Source: Macrostomum hystrix
Taxonomy: Eukaryota; Animalia; Platyhelminthes
Length of the DNA stretch: 64,000 bases
Reading direction: 5' to 3'
NCBI GenBank assembly: GCA_950097015.1
Contig: CATNEN010000038.1
Span: forward strand, 29,698,001-29,762,000
Part shown: in pieces, positions 1 to 10,078 of the stretch
Numbering within the stretch: the first letter of the stretch is position 1
How the letters are laid out: each line of letters opens with the position of its first letter
Notes under the pieces: generated by a model
Told to the model about the DNA's origin: nothing
What the model saw: only the letters and a program-made list of their open reading frames with translations
Database searches by the model: none
Program-made: the position numbers and the translations under genes

Positions 1-272
1 ACGGCTGCAGGCAATAGCAGCCGTATTGGTGACACTAGACCCGCAGCCAGCGAGGAGGCAATTCTGCACATCTCGCTGACTCCAGAGCACACACGCACAC
101 ACATACCCTACGCAGTAACACACTCACAAAATTGTGTACATCTGTGTACTTTCTCATAGTCAGGCATTGTACACTCCCACTGTGCGTTGGAGGTTGGCCC
201 AGAAGAGCGTAAATTGCACGACAAGCCCCCCAACCCCAAATGAATGTGGCCTCGCCGCGGAATCGAGCTCTA
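1..272 (-). mobile_element. tRNA-derived SINE family A, partial copy
   Basis: Reverse complement matches the copies at 6253 and 57965 (gattccgcggcgaggccacatt, gtgtacactgcctgac, ctggctgcgggtctagtgtcacca). Confidence 0.75.
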
Positions 273-366
273 GACCGCTGTCACTCACACACAATGAGTA
301 ACATTACTAAGGATGTAAAAGAAAAAAATTTAAGTTAAAGATGAACCAATTGACGAAGTCCCTCAC

Positions 367-3300
367 CTCGTATGAATCACTTGGCCACATCGAGTGCGAC
401 AGTGATGGTATGAAGCTGTATTCACTGAAATAAATGTCATGCATTTCAAATGTCTGAGTAACATTGTGTTTGTAACGAGAACACATTGTAGAATGCTTGA
501 TTACAATATTTAAAAGGCTGATTCAAAGGCAAATTTACTCACTCGCAATCTTGCTTGCAGGTTGTTGTGCAATCAGTAAAAGCATCCTTCTCAGCACTTT
601 GAGCACACATGGCTAAAAATGAACACGTCGTCAGTGTGCTAATTATGCTCCAATTTCACTACATCTGAAAAACTGAAAACCAAAAACAAGCCTCACCGTT
701 GGTGCTGATGGTCGAGCTTGTAGAGTTGTATTCGTACATGCAGATCGCATAGCTGCTGTTGTACAGAGGGTCAACAGTCGGATCGGATATGGGAAGATTA
801 GGAGAACTGCAGCGGCAGCGCTTCTCCACTTTTCTCTGCATGCAGGTCTTCATGCAGGCCTTTTAAAATCAATTTGAGGAAATATCTTTTATTTTAAGCC
901 TAAATTGACCGCACGAATACCAAGCCCGTTTTCCTGAAGTTTGTGTGCCTATGTAAAACCTGCAGCCAACATCTCCAATGGGAAATCAAGTCCTGGTACT
1001 TCTACTGTTGACAAATATACGAGGGGTGTCCAAAAAGTAGTGATACTTTTGCTCGTACAGCCTTACTGCATGCTTGAAAATCAGCAAGTTTGGTGTTGTT
1101 GGAAAGCGAAAAATATCAGCTTTAATTTGACTGCAAACATTTAACAAAAACACAACCTATAACAAAGTTATGAATAGAAACACACAACAAGGTCAGCCAT
1201 AGAGTTACAATGAATTTATGCATGGTGTAACAGGTCAAGAAGTTTCGACAGTTAGTATGACTCATCATCATCAGGGAGGGAAGCTTTCTCGACATAATTA
1301 CCCCCCGATTGCACGCACTTCTCCCAGCGACGAAACAAGTGATCAATCGCATCTGCGTAGATCTGTCGCGGAATCACGTGCAAAAGTACTCTGCGGACTT
1401 CCTGTTCCAGGTGATCACGGCTGACATGGACACGGCCCCTCAGGTGGCGCTTCAATTGAGGGAAAAGGGCAAAATCCGCAGGCGCGAGATCTGGCGAATA
1501 TGGCGGATGAGGCAGAAGGTCAACTTTAGCTTTTTGATGGCCTCCATTGTTTGGTGGGCAGTGTGCGGCCGGGCGTTGTCATGATGCAGGATGACTGGCT
1601 TGACTCCCGAGCGCCGCTTATTTTGGATGTCTGCCTTCAGGCTTGCAAGGAGAGACGAATAACGGTCTGCGTTGATCATCGTATTCGGCTCCAGGAAGTC
1701 AATGGTGATTGGGCCATTACAGTCAAAGAAAACTGACAGCATGATTTTCTTACAGTGAGTTTCACGGCGAGCCTTGAGTGGTGGGTCGGAACCCTTAAGT
1801 GTCCACACTTTAGACTCTTGCTTTGTCGGCGGGTCAAAATGTGGAACCCACGTCTCGTCGCCAGTAACAATCAACTGGCGGAACTGATTCCAGCCACCGC
1901 GTTGACTTACCAGATTCAGGTTCCCTTGGCATGTCTGCTGGCGCTGCAGTCGCATATCAGCAGTGAGGAGCTTTGGGACCCAGCGGGCGCTCAGCTTAAC
2001 GAAGTTCATATTGGTCAGGCAGAGATGAACCGTTGATCGTGGCGTGTCGAGTCTGTCAGCAATCTCACGAATTGTCATTCTGCAGTCTTCTTCCAGCAGA
2101 TCAAGAATCCGGTCAGCCAAAGCCTTTGAGCTTGGTGCAGATGGCCTTCCTGGCCTTGGCAAGTCAGCCAAATTTGTTCTTCCTGACTCAAATTGCTCGA
2201 CCCATCTGTACACCGTCATGCGACTTACTGCTTCGGCTCCGTGAATGCTGCACAGATGATGGTAAATCTCCTGTCCACTTTTCCCAATACTCCATAGTGT
2301 GTGAATTGCGTGTCGCTGTCCTTCCTTTGAGCGCACGTCCATAACTGTCAGTTGAACAGAATCTGGTCTTTAAAAAGCAAGCACTTGTGAAAGAAAAATG
2401 AGCTGGCAGTGCAGAAGCAGGCAGGCAGGCAGAAGCAAGCAGGCAGTGCGAAGAAGACTTAGCCACAATTTACCACAGACAAAAAAGCAACCCTCGTACG
2501 CTCGTAAAATGCTACCCCAGTATTTATTGGTTTACATTTATTGATTTGTTAAGCTCTAAAGCTTCATGAATCTTTGAGGCAGATAAAAACTCAACAAAGT
2601 CAACCATACAGTATTTTTGTAAGTCTATGAGCAACCCTTGCTCAAATAGACAGTGATAACTTTTTTTAAAAACAACATATGAGGATGATTTTTTAGTCAA
2701 ATTAAGGCTGATATTTTTCGCTTTCCAACAACACCAAACTTGCTGATTTTCAAGCATGCAGTAAGGCTATACGAGCAAAAGTATCACTACTTTTTGGACA
2801 CCCCTCGTACATAGAAGGAAAATTTTATTTCAAAGTCTCAATAACTGGCGATATTTAGTAATGGGCCCAGGGGGTTGTAGCCTTGAGGTTAGAGCGTCAG
2901 ACAGACTATTTGGAGGTCGGATGCATAATTCGCGACTCCACTGGACCTGCATTGCTTCGGTCCACCAAGCTGTTAAATTGGTACCCAGCATTAGCTTGGG
3001 TAATTGCGGGTGGGTGTAGCTTCCCCCCAGTCCATGGACTGAACAGCCGTACGCAGCCTTCAGATGCGCCACGCAATAGCTGCGGCTGTGCTGTCGGCTG
3101 CACATTTGGCCCAATTGGGACAGGTTTAATCAATAAATTAAATAATCTAGACCTGCGGTTTGGTACATTGCACCAATTAAACTCACCAACTTTGAGTAGT
3201 TTGCATTCGGCATTGAAAAATTGGATTTAACGGCGTACATGTTGTTCTCCTTATTGGCGGTGACGTAGTCAATTTGACAATCATCGGCGTAAGGGTAGGA

Positions 3301-6300
3301 CATGCGCTTTGTCACCACCTGGGACAAAATAATTAAAGCTTTATTATGCACAAGGATGTACTATTTCGCGTTAGTCAATTAGATCAAGAAAATTTGTTTG
3401 AGAAAATTAGTTGCTCCTTAAAAAAGAGCAACTGTGGGAAAGTCACTCTATGGGAATGTGAAGCTGTGGGAAAGTCACTCTATGGGAAAGTCAAGCTGTG
3501 GGAAAGTCTGTGGGAAAGTCACTCTATGGGAAAGTCAAGCTGTGGGAAAGTCTGTGGGAAAGTCACTCTATGGGAAAGTCAAGCTGTGGGGAAAGTTATA
3601 ATTATGAAATGTCATTCAGATGAGTTCTGCCTCACTCACCTCCTTGAGCCCAATGTAGGTCTCCTGTCCTGGTGACACAGTTATGCCGGTATCCTCAGGA
3701 AATGGCTGTTTATTTGGCTCGTGAACTACAACAACGACGCCAGCCGAATTGGCTATTGCGCCGACGTATTGAGTCTGTTCTATGTACAGGGTCAGCTTGA
3801 GACCGTGCAGAGGGCCGGACTGTAGAACAGTCACTGGGTCTTGGTCGCTGCGAGCCGCATTGAATATGTAGCAATTGCCGTACAGCGGATGAAGGAAGCG
3901 TGAGAAATTCCTGTCGATGTAACATAGCGATTTTTTTCTTTTTTTCTTGTTATTTTGGGAATGTTTCGTGTGTACATTTTCTCCTATCCTACTTAAAGTG
4001 CTTATCCTACTAGGCAGCAAAAATTGACAGAGAAAATCTACTTTTTCGCAACTCACTTTATTGGAAAGTCAGTCTATTGGAATGTAACTTTATGGTAAAG
4101 TCACTCCATGGGAAAGTCACTCCATGGGAAAGTCACTCCACGGGAAAGTCACTCCATGGGAAAGTCACTCCATGGGAAAGTCACTCCATGGGAAAGTCAC
4201 TCCACGGGAAAGTCACTCTATGGGAAGTGACGCTGCGAGAAAGTCACTCGATGGAAAAAAATACTCTATGGAAAAGTCACTCTATGGGAATGTAAATCTA
4301 TGCGAAATTTACTCGATGGGAATGTCACGCTGCGTGAAAGTCACTCTATAGGAAAGTCACTCCATGGGAAAGTCACTCTATAGGAAAGTCACTCCATGGG
4401 AAAGTCACTCTATAGGAAAGTCACTCCATGGGAAAGTCACTCTATAGGAAAGTCACTCCATGGGAAAGTCACTCTATAGGAAAGTCACTCCATGGGAAAG
4501 TCACTCTATAGGAAAGTCACTCCATGGGAAAGTCACTCTATAGGAAAGTCACTCCATGGGAAAGTCACTCTATAGGAAAGTCACTCCATGGGAAAGTCAC
4601 TCTATAGGAAAGTCACTCCATGGGAAAGTCACTCTATAGGAAAGTCACTCCATGGGAAAGTCACTCTATGGAAACGTTACTCTATGGTAAAGTGACTTTT
4701 TTACAGGTTACGTGCACTAGAGAATAAGAACTGATGCATTGCAGTTGAAGGCTGCGTACAGCTGCGTAATCGCTGGAATTGGGGCAGCAACGCCGGCCCA
4801 AACTCAAATATTAAGAGATATTTTATTTTAAGCGCTTAGTTAAGCTGTACTCGTAGCTCGTACTATTTAGCTTTTCGAACGGCAAGAGATCGCCTACTCA
4901 CTGTTGCTGACAGTACTGATTTCCAATGCTGCAATCTATGAGGAAGTCGTTCAGTTGGTTGCCAACCTGAGTTTTCCAGGTACCAGTCAGTGAGTTGTAA
5001 TAGTCCAGAAAGCTGTAGGTTATGCCCAGACTTTCAGGAATAGCGTTAGGTCCCATTGCGCTTAGGTTTTTAGACGAATTACTGCTGTAGATGCTGCCAG
5101 TGATCCAGGAGAACTGTACAAATAGAATGCGTGTTATATTTACGAGAAAACAGTTCTGCAAACCCATGATACTGGAAACTGGAGAGACAAAATCTCCCGC
5201 CAAACCCCCATTTTCCAGACCATTTTGTCCAAGGTTGTGCATCAGAATTTCAGGACACTAGGGTCCGGAAAATGTAGGTTTGGCCGCGAGTTGTCTCTCC
5301 ATACAGTTTCTAGATTCAGAGCTACATGCTCAGGGATTCAATTCCCAATTTTAGCGCTGACCTTATCAGATGACGGCGGCGGCGGTTCGATGCCCCTGCC
5401 AGCTGAACGTTTTCGTCGACCAGGACGCGCTGTTTTAGTTAGAGACATGAGCGACGCTTGCAGTTGTGCATTAAAAAATTATCAATATTAATCATAGCTA
5501 TAACAAGAGTCTCACCGCTCGAAGGTGGAGGACCACCGCTAGCGGGGGTCGTGTCACCCATCGCAGTTGTGGCGGCTGTTACAGGGGCTGGCGTTGGTCC
5601 CGGTGTAGCGGCGCTACGAGTGGAAATTCTACCGTCTGTGCTGTTAGTGCCTGCGGACAAAGTGAGGATCGCTAAACAGTAGTGCCTAATTCGCGTAAGG
5701 GCAAAGTACTTGTATTTTGAAGCTTCATACAGGTGTGTAAATCTGCCCTGAATTTCTCATCGTCAGACAGTGTACACTCTCACTGTGCCTTGGAGATTGG
5801 CCCTCAATTGCACGACAAGCCCCCAAGCCTTCTCTCCGCGACTGCGCCCCAAATGAATGTGGCCTCGCGGCAGAGTCTGGGACAGGTAACTTGGCTACCT
5901 ATTAGTTTAAATACGTAGTTTAGTATTCCCCACAGTGAGAAAACTGCATGGTCGCTAAAATGTATAAGATCATGAAAAGCCTGCAAAACTCACTAGTAGT
6001 CGATGAGGTACTGCTAGTGTTGCTTACGAACGACTGGGACATTTGCTTTGCGCGAGCCGGATTCAGGTTGCAAACTGTTACGGCTGGGAACGGCCGAGGC
6101 ATCAGCGTCTCCACTGAGCGTTGAACCAGCATCGGATAGGAGTAGTACTTCTGAACAATGCCCACAATCTGCCAGACCATGATGCCTGCAAGTTAGCGAT
6201 CTTTAGCTGTTTTTACTATAAAAATCTACAAAATGCCATGACCATAAGTATCGGTGCTCGGTGGCAGAGCGGTTAACGCGTTTGCCTCTCGCACCCAGGT

Positions 6301-8390
6301 CCCTGAGCTCGATTCCGCGGCGAGGCCACATTTATTTGGGGCGCAGCCGCGGAGAGAAGGCTTGAATGCTTTTCGGGCAATTTACGCCCTTTAGGGCCAA
6401 CCTCAAAGGCACAGTGAGAGTGTACACTGCCTGACGATGAGAAATTAAGGGCAGATGTACACACTTGTGTGAGCGTGTGCCTGTGTACGGTATATGTGTG
6501 CGTGTGTGCTCAAGCCTCACTGGCTGCGGATCTAGTGTCACCAAATGATGTGCCAGTGCCCGCAGCCGTCTTGCAATTATTATTATTACCATTATTATGA
6601 CCATAAGTAATGAGAACTCCTAAAATAGCAAGCTGTAGATAGTGATTAAATCAATGCCAGGGAATGTTCAAAGGTCTTGACAACCAGTTTTGTTACATTT
6701 CGTCTCTAGATAATAGCTCAATCAATCCGCATGATTGAAGTATTTGAAAGCATATTAATTGTGCCCATTCTCACAACAGAACTAACGGGTGTCCCAAAAA
6801 GGGTAACACTTTGTGCGCTCACTGTGAGTGAGCAGTTAGGCGTATAGCCTGTAATTTAACAGGTCTACAGCAAACATTTGTAAGCTTTTCCCACAATTAG
6901 GTTACGAAAAATTGCACCAGAGGCGAGTTATTGAGCACAGAAGTGTACGCTATAGCTTTTCTGTCAAGCTTAGCCTACACAAAAAAGGATAAACAACAAC
7001 GTACAGTGAGCATAGCAATATGGTGTTCATAAACTTTTATCTGTGCCTCAAATTATACCCATCATTTTCAATGCACTCACGGAGCCGACCAAAGAAGCCA
7101 TCGGCGGCATTGCGGATAGCATCCATCCGGTTCTGTCGAATCCAATCAAAAGCTCGAACAATGGATGCGTTCAGATGATGAAAATTCTCCTCCTGGATGT
7201 AAAAGCCTCCCTGGGCGTAGACGAGCTTACGAGCAAAGCCCCAAAGAAAGTATTCGACCGGATTCAAATAAGGTGACCTTGCTGGCCAAGGTGTGTTAAA
7301 AAACTTGCTAATCACTCTATCGGCACCGAAAGCGTCACAAAGAAACTGGTGAGTCGAGACGGAAGTGTGAGCAGTTGCACCATCTCGCACAAACCAAACG
7401 TTTCGGATGCCTGCCGCATGAAGATCCGGAATCAGAAAAAGCTCCCATGCATCCTGATAAGCCCCAGAGTTGACAGTTCCAGGAAAAAAAGAGGGCCCCA
7501 ATTAAGCCAGTCTCGTGACACTGCAGCCAATACAGTTGCTCTTTGAGCATTTTGACGTGCTTCGGCTGGTGTTCGACGATGTTCGGGGCTGTGCCAATTA
7601 CGTGTGAACCAGAACCGCGCGGTCATTCGTGAGATTGACCGTGCCGTCTGTTCGAAATGTGGCTTCGTCGAGAAACACAACTGGCTGATTGGTGTTCTCA
7701 AGAGTGTTCAGCATTAGATGACACAGTTCTGCTCGCTGCACAAAGTCGCTTGGTAGCAGTCCGTGCTTCTTCTCTGCACGATATGCATGCAGGTGAAGAT
7801 CCTGTCTCGCGATTCGCTGCACAGTCGAAGTTGACATTTCGAGGTCTCTTGAAACTTGTCTCAGAGATTTTCTCTCACCCTCCAACTCTCTCATCACGTC
7901 AAAAACGCGCTCTTCTGTCCTGACACTGCGAGGTCTGCCACTGTGTCCTTTATGTGACAACTGTAAGTTCTTTTTTGTCAGAAACTTTTGCAACAGTTGA
8001 TGAACAGTCTTCTTTGTGCAAACAGGAATGGCAGCAGCGTTTGGTTGAGCATTTGGCCAAGTGTTAAACTGTCTCGAAGCAGCTGTGACGCTCTCTCCAT
8101 TTCGGTAATATCACTGGATGATCCGAAGACGAGTTTCTTCTTCAAACTTGCAAGCCATTGACGGTTTCTGAACTATGCAGCTGCTATGGTCCATGGGAAA
8201 TTTTAACGTTAGATCAGTCTCAGAGTCTATGCATGCTCTGTCATTTTTCTTACGCAAAGATTGTACCATGACTACGTGGCTATCGGGCGGGCTGATATTC
8301 GATTATTGCCATAGACGATGTCATTTTGGCCCGAAAAGTTGGGCCGATAATGGATTATTTTTGTGTATTTTAACGTATAGCCACCATGGA

Positions 8391-8422
<32 letters not shown>

Positions 8423-10078
8423 TATATTATTCATCCATGATAGCCACATACTATAAGCCACATAGTCTATGGTACAATCACAGTATTACCCAGGCTTTGC
8501 GGGCGATAATGAGAAATCCCTCGGGCGCCTTCGGCGCCCTCTGGCTTTCCCATTATCGCCCTGAAAGCCTGGGTAATAATATACTATTGTCTATGGCCTA
8601 CGTCTATGGCAAGGCTTAGCAGCGAAGCTAGCGTACACTTACAAGCTCAAAAAATCAATAGCGATTTTTCAAATAAACTGGCATTTGACCACACACCGTC
8701 TCAGAGATTGCAAAATATTGTCTATGGCAGCTGTGTAGGCAAAGCTTGACAGAAAAGCTAGCGTACACTTCTGTGCTCAATAACTCGCCTCTGAAGCAAT
8801 TTTTCGTAACCAAATTTTTGTGGGAAAAGCTTACAAATGTTTACTGTAGACCTGTTAAATTACTGGGCTATACGCCTAACTGCTCACTCACAGTGAGCGC
8901 ACAAAGTGTTACCCTTTTTTGGGACACCCGTTATAATCTGACTGAGTGTGATTGTATCTATTGTTTCATTTGCCGCTTAGTGTAGCCTCATAAAATTATC
9001 ATCTGCATTGAGTACTATTAGTTCGGGCGACCATGTCAATTTATTATCGCGCGACAATTCTATTCATTTATTAATTAGTGCTGAAACGATCACCTGCCTC
9101 TACTGATTTTGCACGCGTTTTACCTGGGATGCATTTAAGGTGATTGTACAAATTATTGCATATGAAGATCAATTAGGTTTGCTTTAATAAACAATAGACC
9201 ACAGGTCAAGTGATCAAGTCCCTACTCTCGTTAATTGAACAGTTTAGACAGTAAATTTCCTGCAATGTCGTGTCTACTTGAATACATGTCTTTTTGACTC
9301 AGTGTACGAATAGATACATTTTCTAACAATACGACCAGGGCCGGTTATGCTTTAGTTCTTACCGAACCGAAGTATATATTTGGCTTAGAATCAGTCAGTA
9401 ACAAATGAAAGAACTCTTCGAAATCCGGAATAAAAGAGCTAGACGCAGTACACTATACACAGTACACAGTACATGGAATACAGAACACAGTGTACACAGT
9501 ACACAGTACAGTACACAGGACATGGACACAGTACACAGTACACAGTACACAGTACACAGGACATGGGACACAGAACACAGTGCATGGGACACAGTTCACA
9601 ATACACAGTTATACAGGACGTAGCACACAGTACACGCTCATGCAGTACATAATACACAGTATACACGACACAGGCGACACAGTACACTTACACAATACAC
9701 TGTACATACAGAACACTGCGTGTACACACAACACTGTACACTGCATATACGGAACACAATAATACAGGACGCAGTGCACATTGCACAATATTGTGCGAAT
9801 TTTAGCGTATATTACAATTATTATTACTATTATACTAAAACGATCTCATGAGTCTTACCCAGTCCAGCCAGCAGCAGCAGAGTCCAGAATGACTTCTTGA
9901 CCGGATTATGATTTCGAGTAATATTAGGCAGGCCATGCATTCCAGTGTGCTCCGCCCAGTCTAGCACAAGAGTCCGCATCGATCGCTTCGGCTTCTGCGG
10001 CACCTCGCTGGCGTTGGCCATCATGTCGGGGTCCGGAGAGCCGTTCGGTGGCAGAATGACTTCGTCCATCTTGCTCAT
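367..10078 (-). CDS. DEG/ENaC/ASIC-family amiloride-sensitive channel, 3'-partial (continues off the left end)
   Basis: GT-AG exons join in frame: 10078-9859, 6185-5994, 5650-5516, 5429-5362, 5113-4902, 3910-3640, 3318-3187, 859-697, 612-543, 424-367. Motifs: pre-TM1 HTGMHGLP, TM1 FWTLLLLAGLGIMVWQI, PFPAVTVCNLNP, YGNCYIFN, GPLHGLKLTL, GVVVVVH..PFPEDTGITVSPGQETYIG, Cys-rich thumb (CMKTCMQ..CRC), SMWPS. Confidence 0.93.
1020..2807 (-). mobile_element. mariner (DD34D) DNA transposon with ~113-bp TIRs, intronic
   Basis: TA at 1018-1019 and 2808-2809 flanking near-perfect inverted repeats 1020-1132 / 2695-2807 (CGAGGGGTGTCCAAAAAGT...). Confidence 0.95.
1252..2342 (-). pseudogene. mariner transposase with one frameshift near 1520
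   Basis: WVPKLL, IVTGDETWV and HHDNARPH in ORF 1452..2342; after a 1-nt shift the frame continues LLPHPPYSPDLAPADF..RWEKCVQSGGNYVEK (ORF 1252..1455). 34 residues separate the second and third catalytic Asp. Confidence 0.92.
2863..3110 (+). mobile_element. SINE family B (degenerate tRNA-like head)
   Basis: tRNA-like start (gggggttgtagccttgaggttagagcgtcagac), then ctgcattgct..aaattggtacccagcattag and cagccttcagatgc, shared with the copies at 23183 and 53497. Confidence 0.6.
3431..3595. repeat. minisatellite, ~16-bp GGGAAAGTCACTCTAT-type units
   Basis: Direct tandem copies visible. Confidence 0.85.
4062..4707. repeat. 16-bp minisatellite (GGGAAAGTCACTCCAT / AGGAAAGTCACTCTAT, alternating as a 32-bp unit in the 3' half)
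   Basis: Direct tandem copies; the array ends with an inverted unit and TTTTTTACAGG. Confidence 0.92.
5729..5872 (-). mobile_element. SINE family A, internal fragment
   Basis: Reverse complement of the gaggccacattcatttggggcgcag...ctgacgatgagaaa segment of the full copies. Confidence 0.75.
6253..6600 (+). mobile_element. tRNA-derived SINE family A, near full length
   Basis: A-box-like gtggcagagcgg, B-box-like gctcgattcc, conserved body with a long hairpin, (ATT)n tail. Confidence 0.82.
6785..8931 (-). mobile_element. Tc1/mariner-superfamily element, rosa/DD41D-like, with ~195-bp TIRs
   Basis: TA at 6783-6784 and 8932-8933; inverted repeats 6785-6981 / 8732-8931 (ACGGGTGTCCCAAAAA...). Confidence 0.92.
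7037..8158 (-). pseudogene. degraded rosa/DD41D-like transposase
   Basis: SGRPRSVRT, VFLDEATFRTDGTVN, WFVRDGATAHT and WPARSPYLNPVEYFLWG are split over ORFs 7598..7993 and 7037..7501; there is an in-frame TGA shortly after the likely ATG. Confidence 0.88.
9445..9790. repeat. degenerate 7-bp ACACAGT repeat
   Basis: Visible low-complexity tandem array. Confidence 0.8.

Noticed and set aside
4062-4690. GGGAAAGTC repeats as an NF-kB site array
   Set aside because: They lack the terminal CC of the consensus and are better explained as a minisatellite.
5305-5330. 26-bp near-identity with 50882-50907 (AGTTTCTAGATTCAGAGCT.CATGCT)
   Set aside because: Probably the end of a dispersed repeat, but no boundaries or TSD could be defined.
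6253-6330. tRNA-like sequences (also 2863, 23183, 53497, 57965) as tRNA genes
   Set aside because: No complete cloverleaf, and each continues into a shared SINE body.
6425-6455. CTGACGA..GAAA in SINE A as a hammerhead ribozyme core
   Set aside because: Only 3 nt between CUGANGA and GAAA, no helix II/III or NUH site; TGAC pairs with GTCA as a plain hairpin.
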